Shown: positions 1-13,265 of the stretch, piece by piece | Position numbering within the stretch: position 1 is the first letter of the stretch | How the letters are laid out: the number at the start of each line of letters is the position of its first letter | From: Podarcis gaigeae | Taxonomy: Eukaryota | NCBI GenBank assembly: GCA_964106915.2 | Contig: OZ066915.1 | Direction: 5' to 3' (one strand) | DNA: 64,000 nt | Position numbers and translations under genes: made by a program | The notes under the pieces: generated by a model | Databases searched by the model: none | Told to the model about the DNA's origin: nothing | Seen by the model: only the letters and a program-made list of their open reading frames with translations

Positions 1-917
1 ACTGCTCTCTGACTTTTACTTTGGTTTGCTAGCATCCAGGCCCAGGACTTGAAGTTAAGGCTGTCAGTTGAGCTATATTTTAATTGGCCTTTTGCTCACT
101 AAATTACCGTATTTTTTGCTCTATAAGACTCACTTTTTCCCTCTTAAAATGTAAGGGGAAATGTGTGTGTGTGTTATGGAGCAAATACAGGCTGCGCAGC
201 TATCCCAGAAGCCAGAACAGCAAGAGGGGTTGCTGCTTTCACTGCGCAGCGATCCCTCTTGCTGTTCTGGCTTCTGAGATTCAGAATATTTTTTTTCTTG
301 TTTTTCTCCAAAAACTAGGTGCGTCTTGTGGTTTGGTGCGTCTTATAGAGCGAAAAATACGGTACTCCAAAAAGAAAGAGGGAGAGAGATGATCTCTGCT
401 TGCAAGGCAACTTTGAGATCTCCTGGGGGCAAAAGTGAACTTGCTTTTGTGAGAGCCAGGCGGTGAAACTGATGGGGGAAATCATATTTTTTCTGATAAG
501 TGTATCCATAGAAATGAGAGAAGTGAAATGTGTTAGCTCATAAAAATACTAGGTGAATGTGAATAGTTCCACAAACCATGGCTGAGTAACTGAAGCCTCA
601 TTAATGTGCTTGCTAACACTGGATTACTCTGAGAGCAGAGTCATGTTCCCATAGGGACTTCCTTGGTGGATAAGTGCTTTGCTGCCATAGCACAGAGCAG
701 AATAACATTCTGGAGAAGCTATGATACAAGACACACTCAGTCTTCTCTTCAGTCATTTCAGGCTGATATGCCACTGATTTTTGCCCCAAACTATTTGCTT
801 TCTAGATAGGAAATATCACTGAGATTTAGCCTTCATTTCTCTATTTCAGTGACTGGCTGAAGGTTAACAATGTGGGACTCTCAACATGGGAGTCACAGGG
901 CAGTTACTAAGCAAGGT

Positions 918-1585
918 GAGAACCAGTGCAGTGGCTAGTGTGTTGGGATTAGATTGGGCAGACATGAATTCAAATCCCCTCTTTGCCACAAAAGTCACTG
1001 GGTGACTTTGGGCCAATCACTATTTCTCAGCCTAATCTATTTTGCAGGATAGGGGTTCGAAATTAGCAGGGCATCAGGTGCATTTTGCGCCTAAAGATTC
1101 TCCATTTGCAAGCACCTCAAGAAGTCTGGGTGTCATTTTTTGCACCTGGCTGACACTCAGGGATTAGTGAAATGTATGTGCTTTGAAGCCTCAAAGTATA
1201 TGTTAAGGACAGTCAATATGTTAAGGTATTTAACAATAAAGAGTAGAGTGTTATGAAAACTGAACCATGGTACCAATATTTTTATTGTAAACAAATTAAA
1301 CATGTATTAACAATTTCTGCTAAGAATGTGATATTAACTATGTGTAACCTATGTGAATTGCACATTAGTTTATGACTATCAAAATAATAAAAATAAAAAG
1401 TGTTGCTGACCCACCCCCCACCCATGGTGACTAGGCATTCTGTTTTGGCGCCCACAACCCAGGTCCCATAAGCCATTTGGCTCCTAGATTTTCTATCACA
1501 GTTTCTAATACTGAACTTGTGAGAATAAAAGTAGGGATGGGGGTGACCATGTATGCCAACCCAAGCTGCTTAGAGGAAGGGAGAG
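918..1585 (+). mobile_element. Old CORE/MIR-like SINE split by a ~460-bp probable DNA-transposon insert (about 1050-1512)
   Basis: tRNA-like head and core (gtgactttgggccaatcact...ctcagcct) stop near 1048 and resume at 1516 (ttgtgagaataaaa...). Confidence 0.5.
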
Positions 1586-2119
1586 GGGAAGGAAGGAGGC
1601 AGGTGCTCTGTGCAAATTCAGAAAGATCAATGCCTCACCTTTTAAAACCCTTTTAATGTCTCACCTTTTAAAACCCTTTAAAAACCCCACTCCCAAAATG
1701 AAGGTCTTCCATAGGCAATTTATTGGAAAGTTCCCCATTCTTGAACTCTAAGCTGTTTTAACTGTAACATTACCTTCTCCCACATATTTCCAATGAAATT
1801 ACTCCAGTTAACGGGGTAGACTTTTGCCTAACCACACATAGATTTTAATCCTACATTCCTTCAGACTGTCTTGATATCTGAGCACTGCTAGGCATGAGGG
1901 ATCCTTGGTCACACTGGAAGAAGAATCATAGGGGTTTTTCCCTGGCAGCCCCTGGGTCTTTTATTCCACAGTTCACTCTTACGTTAGTATATAAATCCTC
2001 TCTGGTCCACTGGCTCTGGTGCACATTCCCTTCTGAAGAATGGGGAGGTATCAGATGTCTAAACCAGGTGGCTAGCAGGAAGGTACAAAAGAGCAGAGGC
2101 TTCCTGAGTGACATTAGAA

Positions 2120-2123
<4 letters not shown>

Positions 2124-2160
<37 letters not shown>
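2124..2160. repeat. (GA)n microsatellite
   Basis: Pure GA run. Confidence 0.95.
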
Positions 2161-2164
<4 letters not shown>

Positions 2165-4308
2165 CTTATACTGAATGAGTCTATTCTAGGATGAGTTGTG
2201 AGTTAGTCCTGCTTAACAGCTGCTAGTTGAGCCCTAGCAAATGATAAGCTGATTAACTTTGAGCCCTCAGTTGAAGAAACATACACATACACAATTCTCC
2301 AGTACTATAGATGGCAACCATTTGTCAGAGAGTGGGCCTAGCAGTTAATGATCAGTGAGACCTGAAGCTCTGCAAGAAGGATGGCTAACCTATGGCCCGA
2401 ATCTGGTCCAGCAACTCACAAGAAATGGCCCCTCTAGCCCTAGAAATTTTTATCTCCCAATCAGATCAGGAGATCTTTGTTCTGTAGAGAGGAATCTCTA
2501 AAGAGCTGACACAGCATTTTTCTCCTGATTGAGAGATTTTTAAAATCCCTCTGCCTGCCCTTTAGAAAAGACATCTGAAAATCAGTCAGTGGGATCTTTT
2601 ATCTCCTATTTCAGAGCTAAGCACCACAGTGTTGAGACTGGAGATAAGCCTTCCAAATTGAAGCTGTAGAGTCTACCTCTATTGTAGCTAACCTTTTAAA
2701 TTCAAGGATAGGAATTCACTGGGACCTCCTGTATGGAAAAGCTGTGGTAAGAAACTGTCTGTAGGCCTTTGTTTTGGGATACCAGTTAAAAAGCAAGAGT
2801 CATGACATGGGAGTTCAGTAAGTGGATAATTTAGAACCTTAAAGGTTTTATTTTTTCCTAATCTGGTCAGGTAGCTTTGGAAGAGGGAGAGTTTGATGAG
2901 GAAAATAGCACAGTTAAGGAATGGTTAACCCTGGTTCCAGGGTTTTTTTGGGGGTGGAGCTACTATTTTAAAAATAAAATATGTATTTCATTTAGTAAAT
3001 TCATATCTCCATACAGGTAATACAAAACCCCAAAACAAATGTGTTCCATGCTTAAAGGCAAGCAACTACAGAGTTCTTATTTGGGGCACAAGAGTTCAGA
3101 TTGTACTAGAACTAATAATGTACAAGAACTTAAACATGATTTTGATTTTTTTAAAACCCATAAAGTAATACTTAAATATACACCAGCACTGAAGAGAATA
3201 CAGTATGGTTCAATTCTGTTTGCTAAAAGATGCAAACTTAAGGTAATTCATCTGTCTTGAAAAAAGCATAATGATAGGTTTAAAACAGAAGTTGACTGAG
3301 TATGTTTTTCCAGCTAAGTGATACAGCCTTGCTGAATCAATGACTCAGTCGCACAGAGTTAACACAGAAGCTATAAAATATCAGAACTACTACACTGTCG
3401 AGTTTGAGTGCCTGGTATACATATTTTGTGGTGTGAAATTTTCCAAAGTAGAAACTATCTCTTCAAAGCCAAATACGTCCTAACAATTCACTCCATTCCT
3501 CCTGCCTCCTAGTAAGGAAGTTTCGTTGTCAATTTGAAGAATAAAGGTTAGGGCAAGGTTTAGCTCCATAGCAGCAAGCTTAAATTTTAAACTATTAATA
3601 CACTGTAGATTTAACTACTCAGAAGGAAGTAAAGGAAGTAGTTCCATTTCAGAATTAAAGCACAGAATGTCAGCAGTGAGTGATGATGTCTCTGAAATAC
3701 CTTTCCACTCTTCTAAAGTAATCTCTACCTCCAGTTTTTCTAAAATAAATGAAGGAAGGAAAGCTTGAGCATGCTTTCAGTAAGGAACTCCATGATCTGG
3801 GGCAGTTCCCCAAGGAGCGGGGGGCGGGGGGGGGCTCTAGTTTCTGATGGATCTCTGCTAGAGACAGCAAAAGCTGCTACAATTTCAGCTCTTGTGATGA
3901 GAAGCCTGTGTTTTGTTTCAGCACACCATTTTGGAAATCGAGAATCCAAATTATATTCCCTACCTCTTTTAAGGTGCTTAGAAATACAGTAACCTTCGAA
4001 ATAAAATAGGCAAATCATCAACATGCCCCCTCAAAGGCAAATAAAACCCAGGCAACAACCCCACCAAACAAACAAAAGTCCAAAAAGTTAGGCAAAATGC
4101 ACATTCAGACAAATAGCTAAATGGAAAGGTAGACAAAGCATTCCAATGGGCAGACAAGAGGCATTATGAGGAAAAGGAGGGTAGGTTAAAGCCATTTTAA
4201 AAAATGACAGGGGCAAGAAGGCCTTGGTGAGTACAAACAATCTGAGGTTGCCATAGTGTCTGTGAGCACCTCATTGGGAGTTCCACTAGCCTTACACTCA
4301 TTCTTGTA

Positions 4309-4525
4309 CAGTGGTACCTCAGGTTAAGTACTTAATTCGTTCCAGAGGTCTGTTCTTAACCTGAAACTGTTCCTAACCTGAAGCACCACTTTAGCTAATG
4401 GGGCCTCCTGATGCCGCCGCACCCGATTTCTGTTCTTATCCTGAAGCAAAGATCTTAACCTGAAGCACTATTTCTGGGTTAGCGGATTGTGTAACCTGAA
4501 GCGTATGTAACCTGAGGTACCACTG
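4309..4525. mobile_element. Tc1/mariner-type MITE
   Basis: TIR CAGTGGTACCTC...GAGGTACCACTG, TA target duplication. Confidence 0.85.
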
Positions 4526-6524
4526 TATTGTTCAAATTATTGCAGAATATGTCTTATTATGTAAACCAATATATCCTATCTGAAACAGAATAAACCTCTT
4601 AAAGATACATTGGACCCTGCACCCCCATCTTTTCGATAGTCCCCCAAATGGGGCCGGGGTGGGGGGCTGCAGAGGGAAGAAAGAGTAAGTCCCATTTGTG
4701 CAAACAGAAGTCTGTGAGCAGGTGGGGGCATTGCAGTTAGATGTCGCCCATCACTTTTAAAACATACTGCTAAAATAAGCTGTTCACATACACAATAATG
4801 GTGTAGTGTCTTTTTATTATTTTATATGGCATGCAATTAAAAAGGCTATAGGGAATACTAACAAATAAGTAAAGCAAATATAAGGACTTTCAAATCCCAT
4901 TGAAAGCCACTGGATTTTCCCGGACATCACTGGAATTGGAAAGGTGGAATTGCCGTCAGGTGGGGGTGGGGGGTGGATTTCCGAAAGGCGGCGCTTTGTC
5001 CTGGATTTTAGGCAAGTCAATTAGAAAATTGTGGGAGGTTTGCATTTTCGTGGTGGTCTGATTTTTACTTTATGAAATATGGCAACCCTATGTAAGCTAG
5101 ACACAACCAGTTTTCGGCCCCGTCTGCACTATATATTTAAAGCAGTGTCTTAACACTTAAAACAGTTATGGCTCCCCCTCTCACCCCAAAAATCCAGGGA
5201 AGTGCAGTTTGTTAAGGATGCTTATAGTTGTTAGGAAACCCCCATTCCCCTCAAGAGCTACAATTTCCAGAGTTCCCTGGGAAAGAGGGGTTGATTATTA
5301 AACTACTGTGGGAATTGTAGGTGTTTGAGGAGAATAGCTCGAAAAAATTCATACTAGGGATTTTTCATTTGCATGCCACGCAGATCTGCAAAATTTTCAG
5401 TTTTTCGAAAATAGGCAGTTCTTCAAACTGCTAGTAATGTGGGACACTCAGTGTGACTCTGCATGGGAGGTAAAATGTGATTCCTGAGCTGCTCATCCCA
5501 TCTCCAAGTGCCATTTCAGGCACTGTTTTGCACCCAGCCTTTAGCATGCAAGGGGATTTTAAAAAGCAGCAGTCACAGTGCAGTATCTCCAGAGCTCATC
5601 TTGCGTTTCCCACCCCCCCTCGCTCTCTGCAGCCTCACAAAGTAATATGTTCCCTCAGCGCGCATTGTGACAGACACATTTTAAAACTAACTAGGGCACC
5701 TCTTCTCCTCAGTAAAAATGTACATTCATTTTTAGTATTTAACATTCCACCCAGCATTAACTTGCCCCCACAGTTGGCAAGTGTGAAGGAATAAAAAGCA
5801 CATGACTGTTTTGTCTGTTTTTAGCAAAAGCTTTCATTTAAATTCATAGTGTTTCTTATCTGCAGCACACATGCTGTTTGTCTTAAACAGACAATACCCA
5901 TGATTCAAAGCTCCCTGTGCCCTGGGAGGGACGGATCCATACGCTCACTCTCAGGGTTCTGTCCCTTCTTAGAGCTGACAATAGAGAAGCCTCGCTGGGC
6001 TTATGGATCAGCAGTGCTGGCTTCCTGCTTGTTTACCCCATGTGGCTGGCGGGGGGGGGGGGGAGCGGAATAGCAAAAGCTGCCACTTCCCATTATAGTT
6101 TGTGTCTGCATGTCTCTTCCAACACAAGCAATGTTTCACCAGCTTAGACAAACAAACACAAACCTTTCCTGGCTAATGAAGAGCTATGTTTTAACCTTGT
6201 CACTTTTCCATAATCTGGACAGTGCTTGATAATATGGTTATGATAATATGGTCACATGGTTATGCTATAATACCTGTGACAGCTAACTGCTGAGTGTTAT
6301 CAGCATCAGGCTAGTGTAAAAGGGGTGGATCATTCAATCAGGACATTATGCACGTTATGTCTTTCCTGATTGCTAATAACCACAGGACTGTATATGCAAA
6401 TGATCCCTTGTGGTAGAAGGTTGCTGCTACAAGTAGAAGCAGTGTTGATCACTCCTTCTAGCACATTCATCATCCATGTGTGGCTATAATAATATACAAT
6501 ATATGCCCACTGACATACAGTATC

Positions 6525-6755
6525 CAGTGGTACCTCTGGTTACGTACTTAATTTGTTTCGGAGGTCTGTTCTTAACCTGAAACTGTTCTTAACCTGAAGC
6601 ACCACTTTAGCTAACGGGGCCTCTTGCTGCCAGAGCACAATTTCTGTTCTCATCCTGAAGCAAAGTTCTTAACCCGAGGTACTATTTCTGGGTTAGCAGA
6701 GTCTGTAACCTGAAGCGTATGTAACCTGAAGCGTATGTAACCCGAGGTACCACTG
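6525..6755. mobile_element. Tc1/mariner-type MITE, same family as 4309
   Basis: Same TIRs and near-identical body. Confidence 0.85.
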
Positions 6756-8526
6756 TATATGTCATTGGGTATTCTTCACATACCATCTGTTCATGCTTCT
6801 CTCTTGCACGAGGAGGTGCCCAATCACTTGCATCCCTAATTTTGTGCTTCTTTATGGTTTTGAGTTTGCCAGTTGTTCATTTATAGCACAGTACTTTGAA
6901 AGGGGGAAAGTCCTGTGTAAGTCAAACACACAGTTGTGAAAAGAATACTGGCCGGCCAAGGATGGAGTAGTAGATATTCTACAGAACCACACTGAAAGAT
7001 GTGCCCTTTTGCGAAGGTTGCTGGAGCCATCTTGATTTGCCAATATTGGAATGTAAGCCCCACTTTGTTAATTGGATATGCACCACCTTTCCTGATACAG
7101 TTGACAGCAACTTACAGAAATAAAAGAATACAGTAAAAACAGTACTGTGCAAAAAAAGCAAACAATGAAAACCAGCAAGAATGCAATTTCAGATCAGTTG
7201 CAACTGTCTGGTCTCTGTGGTCAGTTTGGATTTAGAGGATGGTTTGATTCTGGAAACAGAACGAAATGACCTTTAGGTTCTTTCAAAACCAGCAGTGCTC
7301 TCATCAAAAATTCTTGGAGGACAGAGACATTTCAGCCCTCAAGCGCCGATGCTTTGCCCTCATTGAGCCTCTAATCCCAGGATTATTATTTCAAGTTTTT
7401 TGTTTGTGAGCTACTAGGGTTATAGCCCATAATCACATTTGTGAGCTGTTCATTGGTCACATCTTTGCCCTCTATTCCTGGTTTACTGTCCTCTATGATA
7501 TACTGTATTAGAGAGAATTTTAAAGGTGCTTAATATAAGCCCCGCTTGCCAAGTAACAATCAGGTGCTCAATTTTAAGGCTCCTAGTTGTTCCTTTTCAG
7601 TCGCATCTTTACAGGCTGCACATCTGACATCATATACAACATCAGGTGCAGGGCAGGTGGGTTTAGTTTGGGGAAATCTGTCCCGAAGGCCAAATTAGGA
7701 CCCCTGGCAAGACTCAATTAGACTTGTGGGCTGCAGGTTCCCCAAGCTACTGTTCAAGGCTAATCTGAGATGCATGTTAGATGTGGAGAGTCTCCTGCCA
7801 CAAGAGGCTGGACTTAAATGGCATTCTGACTTCCCTTCTATCACTACTAATCCATGATTCAGAATATATGAAGAGCAACTATTTGAAGCTTAGCCTTACA
7901 AAATAGCCTAGCTAGTAGCTTCTGCTGAAAGGCTTCCTTTGTTGCAGAGTGTGCAATTCTGGTTTTCAAGTTACTGAATTCCTTTGCCTTTTCCAAGGCA
8001 AAATGTTGACGGGCCAATACCTGTGGAAGTTGCATCACATGTCTGCTATAACAATAGGGTGGATGCATGCTTTAAGGAAACATAACATTTTCTTTTAATG
8101 GACTAGTCAGTGGACTTAATGCAGCATTTATTTTAAAAGGATGGGGTTGGGAAGAGTGTTGGCTGAGACGTCTGTCCTAAGCGCTTGCACCTCTCTGACC
8201 TTAATGACATAGGTACTTCCTCTTCTGCTCACATTAACTGGCCAAGAAAGAAACTTGTACATTCAATAACGTATCTTTGTTTATATCCACATTTTGGCCT
8301 GAGGCTGTCACAAGCTTGGGTATCCAGACGTTTTCTGCAAGGAGGGATTCTTTTCCTATTGAAAGTAGGCTTCCCTGTCTTCAAGACTTCGCCCACTCTC
8401 CATTAAGTCACTCCCCACTCAGGTGGATATTTTACTCCCCCCCCCCCACAGCGGTGTGTACAAATAATGCTTAATCAATGCAACCATAATGAAATTATTC
8501 CATAAACACAGACTTCAAAGCAGCTA

Positions 8527-8750
8527 CAGTGGAACCTTGGTTTTCAAGCGTCTCGGAAACCGAACGATTCAGAACCCAAACGCCGAAAACCCAGAAGTAT
8601 TTGCTTCTGCTTTTTGAACGGCTTCCGCTGCAAGTTTTTCCATTTTTTCAATGGATTTTGCTGACTGCCCATTGATCCTTGGTTTTCGAACATTTTGAAA
8701 GTAAAACTGTCTTCCAGAACAGATTACGTTCGAAAACTGAGGTTCCACTG
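8527..8750. mobile_element. Tc1/mariner-type MITE, related subfamily
   Basis: TIR CAGTGGAACCT...AGGTTCCACTG, TA flanks. Confidence 0.75.
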
Positions 8751-9267
8751 TATTTTATTTCCTGTTCCCGTCCCGTCCACTATGCAGAATTCCAAATCCT
8801 CTTCTTGTTCCACTGGCGCCTCGCTTTGTTTTATATGTGGGCTGTTTTAACTTCCCTCCTGATGGGGAATGTGTCCTTTCTATGCCTGGCTTCATAGCAT
8901 TCTTAGTTTAGCCAAAATTGCTAAGTCAGTCTTGCGCTTGGTGTGTCACAATACTTCTGACTACTGAAAGCTGGAAAAGATCTGTAACGGAATGATGTTG
9001 CCATTTCTAGAAACAGCACATAAAATAGTCGATTGGGTGGCCAGAGTACTTTTTTTCCTCTGCCACCTTTTCAAGGCAACCCTTCCTTTGCCAGACAGTA
9101 TGAAGGGGGACCTACCAGGGAGTAAAAGGAAATGGATAGCCTTCTCTTCCCTTTCCCCAGTGTTCCCTCTTTTCTCATATGTGCCTTTCCATGCTGGACC
9201 CATCTACAACCCCTCTGGCTCCTTCTTCCCTTTGCAGCTCACCTACCCAAGTGAAGAGAAGGAGAGG

Positions 9268-9941
9268 ATGGCTCAGATTCTCCAGATGGAGATCCCCAAC
9301 TTTGGTAACAGCATCCTGGAGTGCCTGAATGAGCAGCGATTGCAGGGCCTGTACTGTGACGTCTCGGTGGTGGTGAAGGGGCATGCTTTCAAGGCACACC
9401 GGGCTGTGCTGGCGGCCAGCAGCTGCTACTTCCGGGACCTTTTCAACAACAGCAAGAGCACAGTGGTGGAGCTTCCTGCTGCTGTGCAGCCCCAGTCCTT
9501 CCAGCAGATCCTCAGCTTCTGCTACACCGGCCGCCTCAGCATGAACGTAGGCGACCAGTTCCTGCTAATGTACACGGCTGGCTTCCTGCAGATCCAGGAG
9601 ATCATGGAGAAGGGGACTGAGTTCTTCTTGAAGGTCAGCTCGCCCAGCTGCGATTCCCAAGGCTTGCACACCGAAGAGGCACCTTCCTCTGAGCCCCAGA
9701 GCCCCGTGGCCCAGACCTCCACCTGGCCCTCCGGCAACACCCCCCTGCCCCTGGTCTCTCGCGTAAAGACAGAGCAGCAAGAGTCGGACTCTGTCCAGTG
9801 CACATTTGTGGTTAAGCGGCTCTGGGAAAGCAGCCAGAAGGAAGGGGGAGGCGGAGGCGGAGGTGGAGGCGGCAGTAACGGCAGCCGCAAAATGGCCAAG
9901 ATCTCCTCGCAGCAGGAGCTAAGCGGGGGTAACCGACAGGC

Positions 9942-9975
<34 letters not shown>

Positions 9976-10216
9976 CAGTCTCAACAGCAGGGGGCGCTAA
10001 CGGGAGGCAGTGGAGGGGCAGGCGTGGTCAGTGGCCCCAGCACATCAGACCAGACGAGCCCTGGTACCTCCAGTGCCTACACTAGTGACAGCCCCAGTTC
10101 CTACCACAATGAGGAAGACGAGGAGGAGGACGCTCCCGAGGAGGGCTCTGACGAGCAGTACCGGCAGATCTGCAACATGTACACGATGTACAGCATGATG
10201 AATGTAGGCCAGACGG
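9268..10216 (+). CDS. NACC1: NACC1 (nucleus accumbens-associated protein 1, BTB-BEN) coding exon 1, BTB/POZ domain plus low-complexity linker
   Basis: ATG at 9268 ([52 protein letters not shown]...) follows acceptor tttgcag|9238; donor ACGG|GTGAGT after 10216. Linker motifs ([50 protein letters not shown]) match NACC1. The five exons sum to 1587 nt = 528 aa + stop. Confidence 0.96.
9844..9990 (+). repeat. Coding low-complexity tracts in NACC1: Gly10 and Gln12-Ser-Gln3, including a pure (CAG)9
   Basis: GGN x10 at 9844-9873; (CAG)9 at 9943-9969 then CAA CAG CAG TCT CAA CAG CAG. Confidence 0.9.
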
Positions 10217-10594
10217 GTGAGTGGCAAGGGCAGAGTGGTGGCAGACAACATTCCTGTTCAGCTTCATACCTGTAGGAAGGGAATTGGTTCATGTTGCCCA
10301 CCTGTGATTTGGGTTTTTTAAAAAAATAAATAAATCATTGCAGAGATACATTATGGGGAAAGTTATTGGAGGCTGAGAAAATGAGTGTGTTAAAACATTT
10401 AGATCTGACCCTTCTGGTGCAAGAGCGCCACTCAGAGTGACGCACAAAACCTTAAAATCTGCACTTCTATTAAAACAGCAATATAAAACAAATTGACAGA
10501 AGAGACTGGGCCAGCAGTTGAAACCAAAACATATAAAAGCCGTTCAATAGAAGTCTGCTGAATTCAAGCAGTCTTCAACAACGGGGAAGCGGCA

Positions 10595-10731
10595 GTCTGA
10601 TATCTCAGCTGGTTAGAGCATGGCGCTGATAATACCATTGCCATTTCGATACTTTTATGGGGCAACTGCATATTCCTGCATTGTAGGGGGTTGGTAGGGT
10701 CCATTTAAACTCTACAAATCTGTGATTCTAA
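10595..10731 (+). mobile_element. tRNA-Ile-headed SINE with the same CR1-type tail
   Basis: TATCTCAGCTGGTTAGAGCATGGCGCTGATAATACCA resembles tRNA-Ile; tail ttcctgcattgtagggggttgg...ctgtgattcta. Confidence 0.7.
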
Positions 10732-11714
10732 GTGCCAACCACACTTCACAGAACAAGGCATTCCATAAGCTGGGTGCAGCCACTGAGCAGGCCCCCATCT
10801 CTCATCCCACTCAAATGAATTTTCACTCTCCAGGGGAATCTGTGGAGTTGGATTGGCTCATTCTGGGCCTCTTCACGTTGCACATGTGTCCACTTCTGCC
10901 TGGTGAAATGTGAGATGGGGCACTGTCACCCACCCCTTCACACAATACACAGCGGAAGGGGCTGCAGTTGGCCTTGACACCCCATCTTGTTTCCATGGGT
11001 GTTCTTGTGGTGTTAAAAAGTTGCTGCTTTCCATATGTTAAGTAGTAGTGGAAAATTGCTAAGTATTTTAGATGGCATGTAGCTGCCTCTACTGTGTGAA
11101 GCACTCCCTGACATATTGAAAGCTGCCCCTGGGGCAGAGTATCTGTATTAAAGAGTCATTTAATTCTCCATTTCTCACAGCCTGAGAATCAGGACTTGGA
11201 GGTGTGGCTTGCAGGGAAGAGAGTGGCCAGGGCTTTGAAACTGGACTCTAAAGAGGGAGCAAGCAAAGGTGGCCTGGGTTTTCTAGGGGTTAATTCCATG
11301 GGTGACTTTTACCTTGGGTTCCAGCCATCACTATGGCCTTGTATGTCCGTGTGGGATAAGGCTGTCTTTGTGCCTTCTGAGTCTCTCTTTCCAGTCCAGT
11401 TTCCCATGGCCAAATACTCAAGACTCTTGAGATTTAGTCAGCAAAAATGGGCACTGAAAAGAGCAGATGTAGCAAGGAACTAAATAAGAACTTAAGAGCT
11501 CTGATGGATGAGACCAAAGCCCATCTAGTCAGTGCTCACACAAACCAACCAGATGCCTAGGTGAAGTCGACAAGTACAGCAAGAGGGCAGTAGCACTGTC
11601 CCGCTCATGGTCCACAGCATACTGTCTCTCATATTAAACACATAGCCATTATGACTAGTAGCCATTTACAGTCTTATCCTCCCATTATCATTTTTAATCC
11701 TCTTATGGTTAAGC

Positions 11715-11845
11715 TTCATAGACCTAGAACTATCATATATGCCTTAGTGACTCCTGGGTTAGACTACTGTAATGCATTCTACATGGGTCAACCCTTGAAG
11801 ACTGTTCAGAAGTTTTGGCAGAATGCTGCTGTTGCTGCTGCTCAG
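11715..11845 (+). mobile_element. Degenerate L2 ORF2 fragment
   Basis: Translates to IIYALVTPGLDYCNAFYMGQPLKTVQK..QNAA, an L2 reverse-transcriptase C-terminal motif. Confidence 0.7.
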
Positions 11846-11887
11846 CTGGCCTTCTTGTATAATATTTGTATAACATACTTAGAATTT

Positions 11888-12038
11888 CATAGAATCACAG
11901 AATCGTAGAGTTGGAAGTAACCACAAGGTTGATCTAGTCCAACCCCCTGCAATGCAGGAATCTTTTGCCCAATGTGAGGCTCAAACCCATGATCCTGAGA
12001 TTAAGAGTCTCATACTCTACCGACTGAGCTATCCCAGC
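11888..12038 (-). mobile_element. tRNA-Lys(CTT)-headed SINE with CR1-type tail
   Basis: Minus strand GGGATAGCTCAGTCGGTAGAGTATGAGACTCTTAATCTCAGG... followed by ttcctgcattgcagggggttggactagat...gattctgtgattctatg. Confidence 0.8.
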
Positions 12039-12950
12039 AGTCACTGGCTGCTAATTTATTGCCTTAAACAGCCACAGTCCTGATCACAGGGAACATATGA
12101 CCCATCTACTGAGGAGGCCCTGCTGAAGTTTACATCTCATATGTTCAGCATCCACAAGAAATCTCTGTTTGAGTTCTAGTATTCTAGAATGCCTTCCCGT
12201 TGGCTGTGCCTTTAGCCTGCCCCCCTGCCATCCTTTCAGAGGCAATTTAGGACTGTTCTAATCTTCATTTGATAGGTGACTCATTACTTTTGATCTAGTC
12301 CATTTGTGTGTTTGTTGTGTTTGCTAGTTTAAAATCATTTATGTTGTTTGTACACCATTTTGAGAAACGGTATATAATCAAATAATAATAGGAGGTGCAT
12401 TAGTAAAAATGCAGTGTAAGCTGTAGTATCATTGTAGTTCAGACATAAGCCTTCTATGTAGCCTTAAGAAAGTTGCTCTTGTCAGCCTCACCGACCTCCT
12501 TCACAGTATTTAATAAGGCTATAACAATTCTGCCTAAGGGGGGTTGTTGTAAAGATGGCTGTGAATTTTTAGAAAGCACTTCGGGAAAGTGTCCTATAAA
12601 TATGATGTACTATGCTCCTGACAGGTTCCTGCTTGAGATGAGCAGTGCAAACAGTAACATAAAATCAACCAGGCCTTATGGATTATTGATCTTTTGCCAC
12701 CTGTCAGCATTTCATCTCCCTGCATCCCATTGAATAGTGTGGATCTAACCCTTTTCACTGACTGGAGATCCCTGTGGCAACAATAGCAATGAGCTCTCCC
12801 CACTTTCATTTTTATTGAAAAGATAAAAACACATAAGCTTCCAAACAGCTTTCTGTTCTTGTGAGAGGAGGAAATAGAGAGAGGAGGAAAAGAATAGTCT
12901 TCCGGAATATATGTTTGTGGTGGGATGTCACACAGGTATATACTTGTTGA

Positions 12951-13265
<315 letters not shown>

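Noticed and set aside
1630-1690. Short direct repeats (also 32197-32240, 35056-35093, 45591-45616) resembling array units
   Set aside because: Only two copies each with no unique spacers; ordinary slippage duplications, and CRISPR is not expected in vertebrate DNA.
8992-9267. 92-aa N-terminal extension of the 427-aa ORF (and its 10217-10275 tail)
   Set aside because: Open frame running through intron: a strong acceptor lies at 9237, the conserved NACC1 start is at 9268, and the donor is at 10217.
11966-12038. Possible tRNA-Lys(CTT) gene
   Set aside because: Mismatched stems, altered B box, no T-run terminator, and it runs straight into a CR1-type tail; it is a SINE head. The same applies to the tRNA-Ile-like sequence at about 10600.
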